In this document: piece after piece, positions 50,182-59,129 of the stretch
Layout of the letters: each line of letters begins with the position of its first letter
Position numbering within the stretch: position 1 is the stretch's first letter
DNA from: Candidatus Omnitrophota bacterium
GTDB taxonomy: Bacteria; Omnitrophota; Gorgyraeia; Zapsychrales; Zapsychraceae
Direction of reading: 5' to 3'
DNA: 64,000 bases
NCBI GenBank assembly: GCA_021108075.1
Contig: JAIORP010000168.1
Coordinates: 2,649-66,648, forward strand
Notes under the pieces: generated by a model
Databases searched by the model: none
Seen by the model: only the letters and a program-made list of their open reading frames with translations
Told to the model about the DNA's origin: nothing
Translations under genes and position numbers: made by a program

Positions 50182-51633
50182 TCAACCCTGTTCTTTCTTG
50201 AGTTGTAAAAACAGATATCCCTGCAGCATCAAACTGATGGCCTGAATATAATTCTTCAAAAAACGCCCCTTCGACGGGTATTTCTTCAAACATTTTAAAA
50301 AGCGTCCCCCGTTCAAATAAAAACGCTGTTGGGCCATCAACATCAGATGGTTTAACCGGCCAGCTGACACGTCGCTGTGCGAGCCTTTTGACGAATAATA
50401 GCTGACATCCTTAAATTCAAAATCAATTTTCCTGTCATCACTCAGGTTTTGGCTCTTTGACTGATAAATCTTAAGGATATCATCATATGCCGTGAACTTA
50501 AAAAATGAAGCGGTATCCAATTCTGAATGAACCGCGAAATCAATTGTTTTCAGCATCTCCTCTTCTGTTTCCGATGGAAAACCCAGCATGAAATAACCGC
50601 CGGTTATGATTCCGGATTGTGATGTCTTAAAAATAATATCACGCGCGGCTGATAAATCTAAATTTTTATTAATCTCTTTCTGTAAACGCCCGACAGCCGT
50701 CTCAATACCGTAAACAAGCTTGTATGTGCCGGCCAGTTTCAACAATTGAATCAACTCTTCGTCCATTTTATCAACGCGCAATCCATGGGGAAAGGAAAGG
50801 CTAACATTTAAGTTCGCATCAATAATCCTCTGACATATTTCTTTCGCGCGTTGCATGTCAAAATTAAAAACCGCGTCAAAAACGTGAAATTCACGCACAG
50901 CATACTTTTCTTTAAGGTTGACCATCTCAGCTAAAACATCGTCTGGTTCCCGCGCGAAGAAACGGTTCGAGTAATTCTCCCGGCAATATGTGCATTGATA
51001 CGGACAGCCTCTGGAGGTCATAATCGGCAGGTAATACGCCCTTTTCAACATGCCGTTCCAATTCGCGTAATGAGAATAGCTTTTGGCATCGATGAGGTCC
51101 CAGGCCAACGGAGAAATTTTTGTTACGGAAAAACCCGCAGGACGAGGATCCATCGAATTCCAACAGACAGTCCCTTTGTCTCTGTAAACGAGTCCGGCGA
51201 TTCGCTCATATCCGGATTGCCTTTCAATCGCTTTAATCACCAGGGGGATAATTAAATCCAGCTCTCCCGTAATGGCATAGTTGATGTGCGGATCCATCAG
51301 TAAATAACGGCCGGCAATCATGGCCAACTGTCCGGATACGATGACAACCGCGTTTTTGTTGCGCGTCTTCATCGTCGCGGCCCATTCATGCACCAGGCCC
51401 GCTTCCCAGGCCAACGCGTGCAAACAGAGATAATCCGGATCGATATTGTCGAGGTGCTGTTCAACATCATCACCGGTCAACGAATCAATCCCCATATCGA
51501 TAATATGAACATTTAATGCCAGAGGATCATCCTCGTATAGCGCGGAAACAGCATAAAGGATATCGACCGGAGGCACAGGCCCCCCTAAACCAACAGGCTT
51601 AAATGGCCGAATGAAAAGAATTGTTTTAGACAT
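50182..51633 (-). CDS. B12-binding domain radical SAM protein (class B)
   Basis: 483 aa. It has an N-terminal Rossmann-like B12-binding region and the CxxxCxxC motif (SRGCPYQCTYCRE). Confidence 0.85.
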   Translation of the reverse strand: MSKTILFIRPFKPVGLGGPVPPVDILYAVSALYEDDPLALNVHIIDMGIDSLTGDDVEQHLDNIDPDYLCLHALAWEAGLVHEWAATMKTRNKNAVVIVSGQLAMIAGRYLLMDPHINYAITGELDLIIPLVIKAIERQSGYERIAGLVYRDKGTVCWNSMDPRPAGFSVTKISPLAWDLIDAKSYSHYANWNGMLKRAYYLPIMTSRGCPYQCTYCRENYSNRFFAREPDDVLAEMVNLKEKYAVREFHVFDAVFNFDMQRAKEICQRIIDANLNVSLSFPHGLRVDKMDEELIQLLKLAGTYKLVYGIETAVGRLQKEINKNLDLSAARDIIFKTSQSGIITGGYFMLGFPSETEEEMLKTIDFAVHSELDTASFFKFTAYDDILKIYQSKSQNLSDDRKIDFEFKDVSYYSSKGSHSDVSAGRLNHLMLMAQQRFYLNGGRFLKCLKKYPSKGRFLKNYIQAISLMLQGYLFLQLKKEQG

Positions 51634-51641
51634 AACATCTT

Positions 51642-52952
51642 TTAGTTTTGAACACGAATCATATCATTCCGGACCACACGCTCATAAATCTTTTGGGCGA
51701 TCAAATTATGCCCCACAGCGTTGGGATGAATCGTATCACCATCCGGGTCCAGAAACAAATATTGCGCATTATTCATTTGATTAAATTTTTTAAACTCTTC
51801 AACAATATCAACAACGACAATCTTCCTGTCATCAGCTACCTTTTGCATTATATCATTATAAACCCGGGATAAAGAAGCACACTCATGCAGTTCCATCTCA
51901 ACACTTTTCTTATAGAAAGCGTGACTGCGGTCGGACTGCCGCAGGACCTCATGATATTGCCCCAGATAATAATATGTTTCACTCGAGTGGGGATGATAAG
52001 CCAATGCTTGATTCAGCATTTGAATCGCCTTTTGATAGTCTTCTTTCCCGGCAGCCTTCAGGGCGTGCTGAATGAATTGATCCGACTGAGATCGGTTCTT
52101 TTCAGAAACAGGATCAACGGACGGCAAATTAACAGGCATCTTAATAAAAACAATTTGGATCCCTTCCTGGTGGGCGATACGCACAAAATCCAGCAGGTTC
52201 TTTGCATACGATTGATCTGAGACCCTCCGGTTTGTCATATAATAACGTTGCCCGGTTTTTCCAAAATATTGCATGGCGGTCGATGAGGATCGAACCATCA
52301 AGCGTTTTAATAACGCGACAAAGTGACTGCGGCTCAGAATGTTATCAACGGCAATCAATAGGGGTGAAATGGGTTCCAATTCCATATCACTCTTTCCATT
52401 GCTTCGAAAGAAGCGATGCTTATCGACATCATTAATGACATAGGAAACCGTTATCAAGTCCGGCTTTAATGATAATATGGATTTCTTTAACAACTTCAAA
52501 CCTTGAAAGGAACTGTAACCAATGGACCCCGCGTTCATCACTTCCACGCGCTGAGCCTTTGTTTGACCGGATTGAAGCAGATCCTGCAAGCGATGGGCAT
52601 ATGTTTGTTCTTGACCGACGCCCCATCCGAATGTCGGTGACGCCCCCAGGCAAACAATACGGAAGACATCTTGCCCTTTGCCAGTCACCGGGCCGGACCG
52701 GAAGCCGAATTGATTTGTCTTGATCAACTTCCCGGAAAAGGATGTTGACAAATGAACGCGTTGCTTCCAGAACAAATCGAAATCTTGTTCTAAAACAGCC
52801 AGAATGTGTTCCATCGGTGTCTTATGACGCGTGAGAAGATATCCCAGCCCTTCAAAAAACAGTAAAATAAACAAAAAAAAGACAGCCGCAATGAATGGGC
52901 CTTTATATTTGTCCATAAAGATGGAACCTCTCGCGTATCCCAAAATAATCAA
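51642..52952 (-). CDS. SGNH/GDSL-type hydrolase with an N-terminal TM anchor and TPR-like segment
   Basis: 436 aa. It has a GDS-like block IVCLGASPTFGWG and a C-terminal DPDGDTIHPNAVGH (the SGNH D-x-x-H block). Confidence 0.55.
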   Translation of the reverse strand: MIILGYARGSIFMDKYKGPFIAAVFFLFILLFFEGLGYLLTRHKTPMEHILAVLEQDFDLFWKQRVHLSTSFSGKLIKTNQFGFRSGPVTGKGQDVFRIVCLGASPTFGWGVGQEQTYAHRLQDLLQSGQTKAQRVEVMNAGSIGYSSFQGLKLLKKSILSLKPDLITVSYVINDVDKHRFFRSNGKSDMELEPISPLLIAVDNILSRSHFVALLKRLMVRSSSTAMQYFGKTGQRYYMTNRRVSDQSYAKNLLDFVRIAHQEGIQIVFIKMPVNLPSVDPVSEKNRSQSDQFIQHALKAAGKEDYQKAIQMLNQALAYHPHSSETYYYLGQYHEVLRQSDRSHAFYKKSVEMELHECASLSRVYNDIMQKVADDRKIVVVDIVEEFKKFNQMNNAQYLFLDPDGDTIHPNAVGHNLIAQKIYERVVRNDMIRVQN

Positions 52953-53012
52953 TCTATGAATGCAAGATCACACCTGATATTGTCGGAATTAGTCAGGATG
53001 AAATAAACCTCT

Positions 53013-53222
53013 TTAAAATAAAGCATAAATCGCCGGCAGTATCGACTGATTTCCTGTGAGGCTAATAAACAAACCTAAGAAGGCTAAAACGAAAAGAAAC
53101 GGCAATAACCACCATTTCTTATTTTCCTTTATCAAAATGTACAGTTCCATTAATAATTCTATATTTGATTCAAAACGTGATTTCTTAGGCTTACCCTTTT
53201 TTGTTCCACTATATTTGTTCAT
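53013..53222 (-). CDS. DUF5989-like small membrane protein
   Basis: 69 aa. The core ELYILIKENKKWWLLPFLFVLAFLGLFISLTG..AIYALF is recalled from memory, unchecked, to resemble DUF5989 proteins. The true start may be an internal Met. Confidence 0.4.
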   Translation of the reverse strand: MNKYSGTKKGKPKKSRFESNIELLMELYILIKENKKWWLLPFLFVLAFLGLFISLTGNQSILPAIYALF

Positions 53223-53448
53223 CTGATGCTCTTTTGTTCTCGTAAGACATGAAATGATTTTACCACTGATATATTTTAATCCTCAATGAGAATAAATAAA
53301 ATAAAAACTTTCTGTTCCTATCCCGCACGAGCCAAAAAAATGATGAGCACGCGCAAAGGCTGATTAACACCACACAAGTATAACATCCATCCCGTTTTAT
53401 ATCTTGAATAATACCAAATCCCCTCTCTGTTGGCACATTCGGACTGAA

Positions 53449-54765
53449 CTAGGCGACGTGCACCTTTTTTTCACCGAACAAATAATAACGGATTTTTTTC
53501 ACGAAACGGCCCCGGTTGTGCCGCAGGACCAGGCGCCGTAAAATAAAACGGAAAACGGAAAACTTAAAAATCAACCGCACATTAGCCCACATCTGCCACC
53601 TCTTATGCTTAAGAACCTCTTCATCCGATGGCAAAGCCTTGCCGGAAGACTGTGACATCAACGGCTTAAAAATATTATAATGAATAAAGTCAAAATCAAA
53701 CCGGCGCGATTGACGGATGTCGGCCTTCACCTCGGACAGTGTCTGCCCCGGCAAACCAAATATCAGGCTGCAACAAATTTCGACCCCGAGGTCTTTGCAC
53801 CGTTGCACGACATCAGCGACCGTCTGAGAAGATTGCCTGCGGCGGTTTCTTTGCGTGAGCGTATCATGAAACGATTCAACACCTAATGATATGCTGTAAC
53901 AACCGGCAGACGCCATCGCATCGATCACATTCAGGTCTGTCATTTCACTTAGAGGGATCACGCCCGCGCATTGCCACTCAATAGTGTCCGGACGCTCCCC
54001 GATAAGGGCACACAGGCCTTTGATTCTTTTAATATCATGACCGATAAAGTTCTTATCCTCAACGTGAAACTCCCTGATGCCATATTTGTCAACCAGATGC
54101 GCCATTTCATCAACAATGTTTTGTGGTGACCGGACACGATAAGGCTGGCCGATAACAGATTCAGCGCAGTAGGAACATTTGTGCACACAACCACGGCTGG
54201 TTACTATCTGAGCGTAAATCTTTTGACGCGTGAGCATACCATTTGCATACTGCCCGACAGAAAAAGAGTCCCGGTCCGGAAACGGTAAATCATCAAGGTT
54301 ATTGATCAACGCGAGCTCCCCCGCACGCGTGCGCGTTGTTTGCCGGTTCAATACGCCTTTAATGTTATAATCACGATTTTGTGTGAGGGCCTGACATACC
54401 TCAGAAAAAGCGTACTCCGCGTCCCCTCGGATGGTCGCCTCGATCCCGGGGATCAAAGCGAACAAGTCCTTGCCGGCCAATGTTGCATACTCCCCCAGAG
54501 CGACGACACGGACAGGCTGAAGGCTTTGAATGTTCCGGCACAGGTCTGCCGTGTACGGGTTCATATCAGACGCGACATCTATCCCGACAAGATCAATGCG
54601 TTCCTCTCTCATAATGGATAAAACCATATCGGCCGGATCAAAAAACAAATCAACACCCCGGACACGCCAACCCTTTTTCTTCTGTATCGCGGCGATGGTT
54701 CCCAATGTAAACGGAAAAATTGGTTCCATGTTATGTTTAGGAATATTGATCAATAATAGATTCAT
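53449..54765 (-). CDS. B12-binding domain radical SAM protein (class B)
   Basis: 438 aa. It has a CxxxCxxC motif (SRGCVHKCSYCAE) preceded by a B12-binding-like N-terminal domain. Confidence 0.85.
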   Translation of the reverse strand: MNLLLINIPKHNMEPIFPFTLGTIAAIQKKKGWRVRGVDLFFDPADMVLSIMREERIDLVGIDVASDMNPYTADLCRNIQSLQPVRVVALGEYATLAGKDLFALIPGIEATIRGDAEYAFSEVCQALTQNRDYNIKGVLNRQTTRTRAGELALINNLDDLPFPDRDSFSVGQYANGMLTRQKIYAQIVTSRGCVHKCSYCAESVIGQPYRVRSPQNIVDEMAHLVDKYGIREFHVEDKNFIGHDIKRIKGLCALIGERPDTIEWQCAGVIPLSEMTDLNVIDAMASAGCYSISLGVESFHDTLTQRNRRRQSSQTVADVVQRCKDLGVEICCSLIFGLPGQTLSEVKADIRQSRRFDFDFIHYNIFKPLMSQSSGKALPSDEEVLKHKRWQMWANVRLIFKFSVFRFILRRLVLRHNRGRFVKKIRYYLFGEKKVHVA

Positions 54766-54792
54766 AGCGAAACAATTTATCTTTGCAGAGAG

Positions 54793-56229
54793 TCAGGACC
54801 TTTTCTTATGGAGTATTTTTTTGAAACTTGTTAATTCAAAAAACACATCCCTATTCAACAAGTAAAACAAACCATACTTGAGCAGATGATGGATAAAATA
54901 GGACAGCCGCAGATAAAAAGAGCGGTAAAACAGAACGTACATCTGTTTCGTCGTCTCCATATCCATTTGACTGAAATTGACCGGATGATCTTGATAATGA
55001 TAGGTCTCGCGTATCTTTTCCTTGAGCCGGCTATCGTCAATTTGGGCGTAATAACTGGATCCCGGATAAGCGGTAAAATAACACAACTGCAGCAAGTCCG
55101 GCCGCAGATCCCGCGACAGTTGGATATTATTCAGGACATCCTGCGCTGTCTCTCTCGGACAACCAACCTGAAACATAGCCAACGTGTCTATTTTTAAGGC
55201 CCGGGCCGATTGAAAGACTTCCAGCGCTTGCTGGACCCATATGTCCGGTCGTTTAGATTTTTTGATATGATTTAAAACCTCGACGGAGGAAGATTCTATT
55301 CCAAAACGCAATTGAATACACCCGGCCTTGCGCATAAGCTTTAAAAGATCAACAGATAGTTCGTCCACTCTTGCATGGGACGTCCATTCGATACGAATAC
55401 CCGCGCCCAAAAGAGCGTTGCAAAATGCCCGCACGTGATTGGCTAAACATGTAAAATCATCGTCCGCGATATACAGCATATTCACACCTAAAGCCTGCAA
55501 AGCCTTAATTTCTTCGATGATCAATCCCGGATTACGGCAACGGACCTGAGCCCCAAAGCTCTCGCGGGTCACCTGCGAACAAAATACGCAGGCATGTGGG
55601 CAACCCCGTGTTGTCAAGATATGCCCCCAGACAAGTTTATGATAAAAAGTTAATGGATAAAAAATCTTGTACTTCAACAGTTCCTCACGGGAATAACCTG
55701 GCGCGGGCAAAAGGTCCAGATCCGTGACCCGGGCGATGGATTGATCGGCAAAGGCCATGCTGCACAGACCGGGAACCCCGAGGGGTGTCTGCCCCTGTTC
55801 TAAGGCATCCAGAAGTTCCAGGAAGGACAACTCCGGCTCCCCTCTAATGACACAATCAACAGGAGAGTCGGCATGGATATACCGCCAAGGCTCGGCAGAA
55901 GGATCTTGACCGATGGCAACGATATATGGATTTAATTTCATTTTCATCTCACGCGCGAATGATAAAACCAAGTCCTGTTCGGTGGTCATGGCACTCATAA
56001 GAATAATATCCGGTTTCCATTTGAGCACACCGGATATCAGTGTTTCAAACGGCAAGGGAGAAATCCATGAATCAAAAAAATAAGTTTCATAGAAAATTTT
56101 GGTTTTAAGGAGGGCCTCGATATATTTGAGATAAAAAGGCACACGGATATCTCGCGTGTGGCCGGCTTCTTTAACAACAGTCGCCATCGGCCGCCATAAA
56201 AATATCCTTATTTTCTTTCTATTTTTCAT
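54793..56229 (-). CDS. B12-binding domain radical SAM protein (class B)
   Basis: 478 aa. It has a CxxxCxxC motif (TRGCPHACVFCSQ). Confidence 0.85.
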   Translation of the reverse strand: MKNRKKIRIFLWRPMATVVKEAGHTRDIRVPFYLKYIEALLKTKIFYETYFFDSWISPLPFETLISGVLKWKPDIILMSAMTTEQDLVLSFAREMKMKLNPYIVAIGQDPSAEPWRYIHADSPVDCVIRGEPELSFLELLDALEQGQTPLGVPGLCSMAFADQSIARVTDLDLLPAPGYSREELLKYKIFYPLTFYHKLVWGHILTTRGCPHACVFCSQVTRESFGAQVRCRNPGLIIEEIKALQALGVNMLYIADDDFTCLANHVRAFCNALLGAGIRIEWTSHARVDELSVDLLKLMRKAGCIQLRFGIESSSVEVLNHIKKSKRPDIWVQQALEVFQSARALKIDTLAMFQVGCPRETAQDVLNNIQLSRDLRPDLLQLCYFTAYPGSSYYAQIDDSRLKEKIRETYHYQDHPVNFSQMDMETTKQMYVLFYRSFYLRLSYFIHHLLKYGLFYLLNRDVFFELTSFKKILHKKRS

Positions 56230-56279
56230 AAATATTTCTTCCGACGATCGTCCATCATCCCGCTAAAAAACAGCACCTG

Positions 56280-57734
56280 TCACACCGAATGGTTCAAAAG
56301 CACTTCCAAGCCGGCTTTCAACATCATCTTTCTGCGATAATGGCTCTTCGCTCCGAAAAATTCCCGGATAACAAATGTGGGGCGCAGATAAAATTTGCGA
56401 ATGGCCCTGTTGCGAAACTCCCATACCTGTCTGGCTGACAATTGAGAAGATTCCCAAACCGGTTGCCCGATTGAATGATCAACTTCGATCTTCGGGTCGA
56501 AAATTTTGTTATTTTTTTCCAAGGCATCACGAAAAGATGTATCCCAAGCGGGGTTTGCGATATTAAAAGAAACATAATTCGGGTCGAGCTCAATGCAAAA
56601 ATCGATAAGCCGTTGAAGAGAAAGCTCATCCTCTCCTTGCATCCCTACGATAACATGCGCGAGCGTCCTGATGCCCAACTGTTTAGCCAGGTGAAACGCT
56701 TCTTTTGTCCTTTGCAGTGATATATTTTTGTTGTGCTTCCTTAAAATGTTTTCGCTTGCTGACTCAACACCAAACATGATGGTATGGCAACCGGATTTTT
56801 TCATCGCCTTAAGCAACGTTTCATCAGCCTTATCCGTGCGCATCTCACAACTCCAGGAAAACGGATGGCTCACTTCTTCAAATAAACGGCAAACAGCATA
56901 CGCCTGCTCACGATGTGAACCAAAACATTGATCTCGAAAAAACAATTCCCTTATACCCATCGATTTGATCGACCGCAACTCCTGCTCAATGCTTTCAATG
57001 GTCCGCAATTTAAAAGGAATTCTTTCGTAAGGACAATAGGAACAGGCGTGCATGCATCCAAACGTCGTTAGGATCGTCGTGAACGGATGACACTGAATGT
57101 GGGGCAGATGATAGCGCTTTATGGGAAAAAGATCATGACGGGGTGGCGGGTAGGAACACGCTTCGTTGACCGCAACGATTTCTTCATGCATTGATTCACG
57201 CGTCATGATATTGACAATGGAATCCGAATGAGGATTGAAAACATAACTGAGAATCCCACAATGAGAAAAATCCAAAACAATCGCATCAATACATGTATTT
57301 TCCGTTAATACCTGACGCGGATAAATTCTCGAATAATCCCCGGAAACAATGATCAACGCTGACGTCTTTTGGGACAATTTGCTCAAAAATCGCATATCGG
57401 AACGCCAATTCACAGCAGCGACCATGCAAATAATAATATCCGGACTGAAGGATTGGATTTCTTCAAGTGTTTTGTCCTCGCTAAGGGGCATCACCATCGC
57501 ATCGATGACCGACAGATCACAATCATCCTGGAGCATCCCGCTAAAGACCAGCAGGTCCTGAGGCAGCCAGAGATAATTCCCCTTGGCCAAATGGCTGCAA
57601 TAATAATCGCGAATGACCCCTTTTCTGGCAGGTGGATTCAGCAATAAAACTTTCTTTTTCATAAGCAATACCTTTACCTGTACCGATATATAACGCCTGT
57701 GAATCATCGGCTCCATCATCCACGACGCTTCCAC
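56280..57734 (-). CDS. B12-binding domain radical SAM protein (class B)
   Basis: 484 aa. It has a CxxxCxxC motif (TFGCMHACSYCPY). Confidence 0.85.
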   Translation of the reverse strand: MEASWMMEPMIHRRYISVQVKVLLMKKKVLLLNPPARKGVIRDYYCSHLAKGNYLWLPQDLLVFSGMLQDDCDLSVIDAMVMPLSEDKTLEEIQSFSPDIIICMVAAVNWRSDMRFLSKLSQKTSALIIVSGDYSRIYPRQVLTENTCIDAIVLDFSHCGILSYVFNPHSDSIVNIMTRESMHEEIVAVNEACSYPPPRHDLFPIKRYHLPHIQCHPFTTILTTFGCMHACSYCPYERIPFKLRTIESIEQELRSIKSMGIRELFFRDQCFGSHREQAYAVCRLFEEVSHPFSWSCEMRTDKADETLLKAMKKSGCHTIMFGVESASENILRKHNKNISLQRTKEAFHLAKQLGIRTLAHVIVGMQGEDELSLQRLIDFCIELDPNYVSFNIANPAWDTSFRDALEKNNKIFDPKIEVDHSIGQPVWESSQLSARQVWEFRNRAIRKFYLRPTFVIREFFGAKSHYRRKMMLKAGLEVLLNHSV

Positions 57735-57735
57735 T

Positions 57736-58926
57736 TCAGAGCAAATCTTTCAAAGCAAATCCCTGGGCTTTTTGACGAAAAGATTTTTTGGCATAATGCG
57801 CGCATTTCAACTTGATCGCGCCATGCGGGCAACTTTCATAACATCCAAAACATGATAAGCACTTCTTTATATAAATGGGTGTTTTCCCGCTTGTGATCGC
57901 ACCGGTCGGACAAATATCCGCACATTTGCGGCAGTCCCGGCATAAATCCTTTATAGCATAAGGCCGTATTAACGACGACCTTAACTTAAAAAAAATATAA
58001 TCCTTTACGATGCCAACAACGTTCCGGGAAGATAATGTCGGCAACTGAAAAGATCGACGGCCGATTTGCCCGGTGTCACCGGCCACGGAAATTTTATCCA
58101 AGTCACAGGGACCCAAACCAACATCCCGGGCGATACGCGTGATGAGAACATCTTCCGGGGCAATCCCGATCAAATCACTGCAGACAGCGTCTAAGGCCAC
58201 CAGGTTATCACTACCGGCGATAAAATGACTACGGACAACCGATCCGGAACTCGGCCCCTGACCTTCCATCGCCCAAATGGCATCCATCAAGGCAAAATCA
58301 AATGCAACAAAAACGTTTAAATCCACAATCGCCCGCGCGAGCGCATCTAATCCAGGGGCCAATAAATGCATGCGGGCTTTCAGGCATCCGGGGATCACGC
58401 CCATTTGATTTTTTAAGGCGCCGGTGTAAAGCGACAAACTGTGCGTTTTAAGTTTGGGCAATGAAATCCGATAGTCAACTTCCTGAAGAAGTTTCGGTAA
58501 ATACATTTCTTTTAAACGATGGCCGTTTATGTGTTGCTTCTTTAGCGCGCAGGCGTCAAAATTAACCCACTCCACAGCTTCTTCCCGCGCCACTTTAATG
58601 ATTCCGGCAATGTCTAAGGCTTCACGGGTGAAACCATATATGACAGATGATTCTCCGATGATCGGCCGTCCCCGCAATTTTTTTATGGCCCGCACAACTC
58701 CCCGGACAAACTCAGGATGGGTGTGACTGGCTTCGCCGGGATCTTTTGGAATGGCGATGCTCGGTTTCAATAAAACTCTTTTGTTCTTGAACGCATGTTC
58801 CAGGCCAAAAACATCAAAAATGTCCAAAACCTTTTGTTCAACATGATGATAATCATCGCAAAATTTTAAGACGACTTTTTCATTTTTCTCTGTTTTTTTG
58901 GAGTTCATATAATTTTTTGCGTTCAT
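57736..58926 (-). CDS. DUF362 domain protein fused to a C-terminal 2x[4Fe-4S] ferredoxin domain
   Basis: 396 aa. The C-terminus has two CxxCxxCxxxCP motifs (CRDCRKCADICP and CLSCFGCYESCP). It ends 1 bp before the rSAM gene. Confidence 0.65.
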   Translation of the reverse strand: MNAKNYMNSKKTEKNEKVVLKFCDDYHHVEQKVLDIFDVFGLEHAFKNKRVLLKPSIAIPKDPGEASHTHPEFVRGVVRAIKKLRGRPIIGESSVIYGFTREALDIAGIIKVAREEAVEWVNFDACALKKQHINGHRLKEMYLPKLLQEVDYRISLPKLKTHSLSLYTGALKNQMGVIPGCLKARMHLLAPGLDALARAIVDLNVFVAFDFALMDAIWAMEGQGPSSGSVVRSHFIAGSDNLVALDAVCSDLIGIAPEDVLITRIARDVGLGPCDLDKISVAGDTGQIGRRSFQLPTLSSRNVVGIVKDYIFFKLRSSLIRPYAIKDLCRDCRKCADICPTGAITSGKTPIYIKKCLSCFGCYESCPHGAIKLKCAHYAKKSFRQKAQGFALKDLL

Positions 58927-59129
58927 CCCTGATCTTTTCCATTTGATGAGCCTGCAGATTCCAGGAACACCTCATTCATCCGCCCCGAACGATATAAAAT
59001 CCTGTATATTTTTTTCGCATTATATCAGGCATTAAATCTTTTCAAATCGTTTTTTAATATTTACGCTATCAAGACGTTATGTATATATTTAACTGTTGAT
59101 AAATAGGAATACTTATATATTATAGTGAA

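Noticed and set aside
53411-53421. ATACCAAATCC 11-mer matching the MITE terminus upstream of the 53449..54765 radical SAM gene
   Set aside because: It is too short to distinguish a decayed element end from chance, so it is not annotated as a copy.
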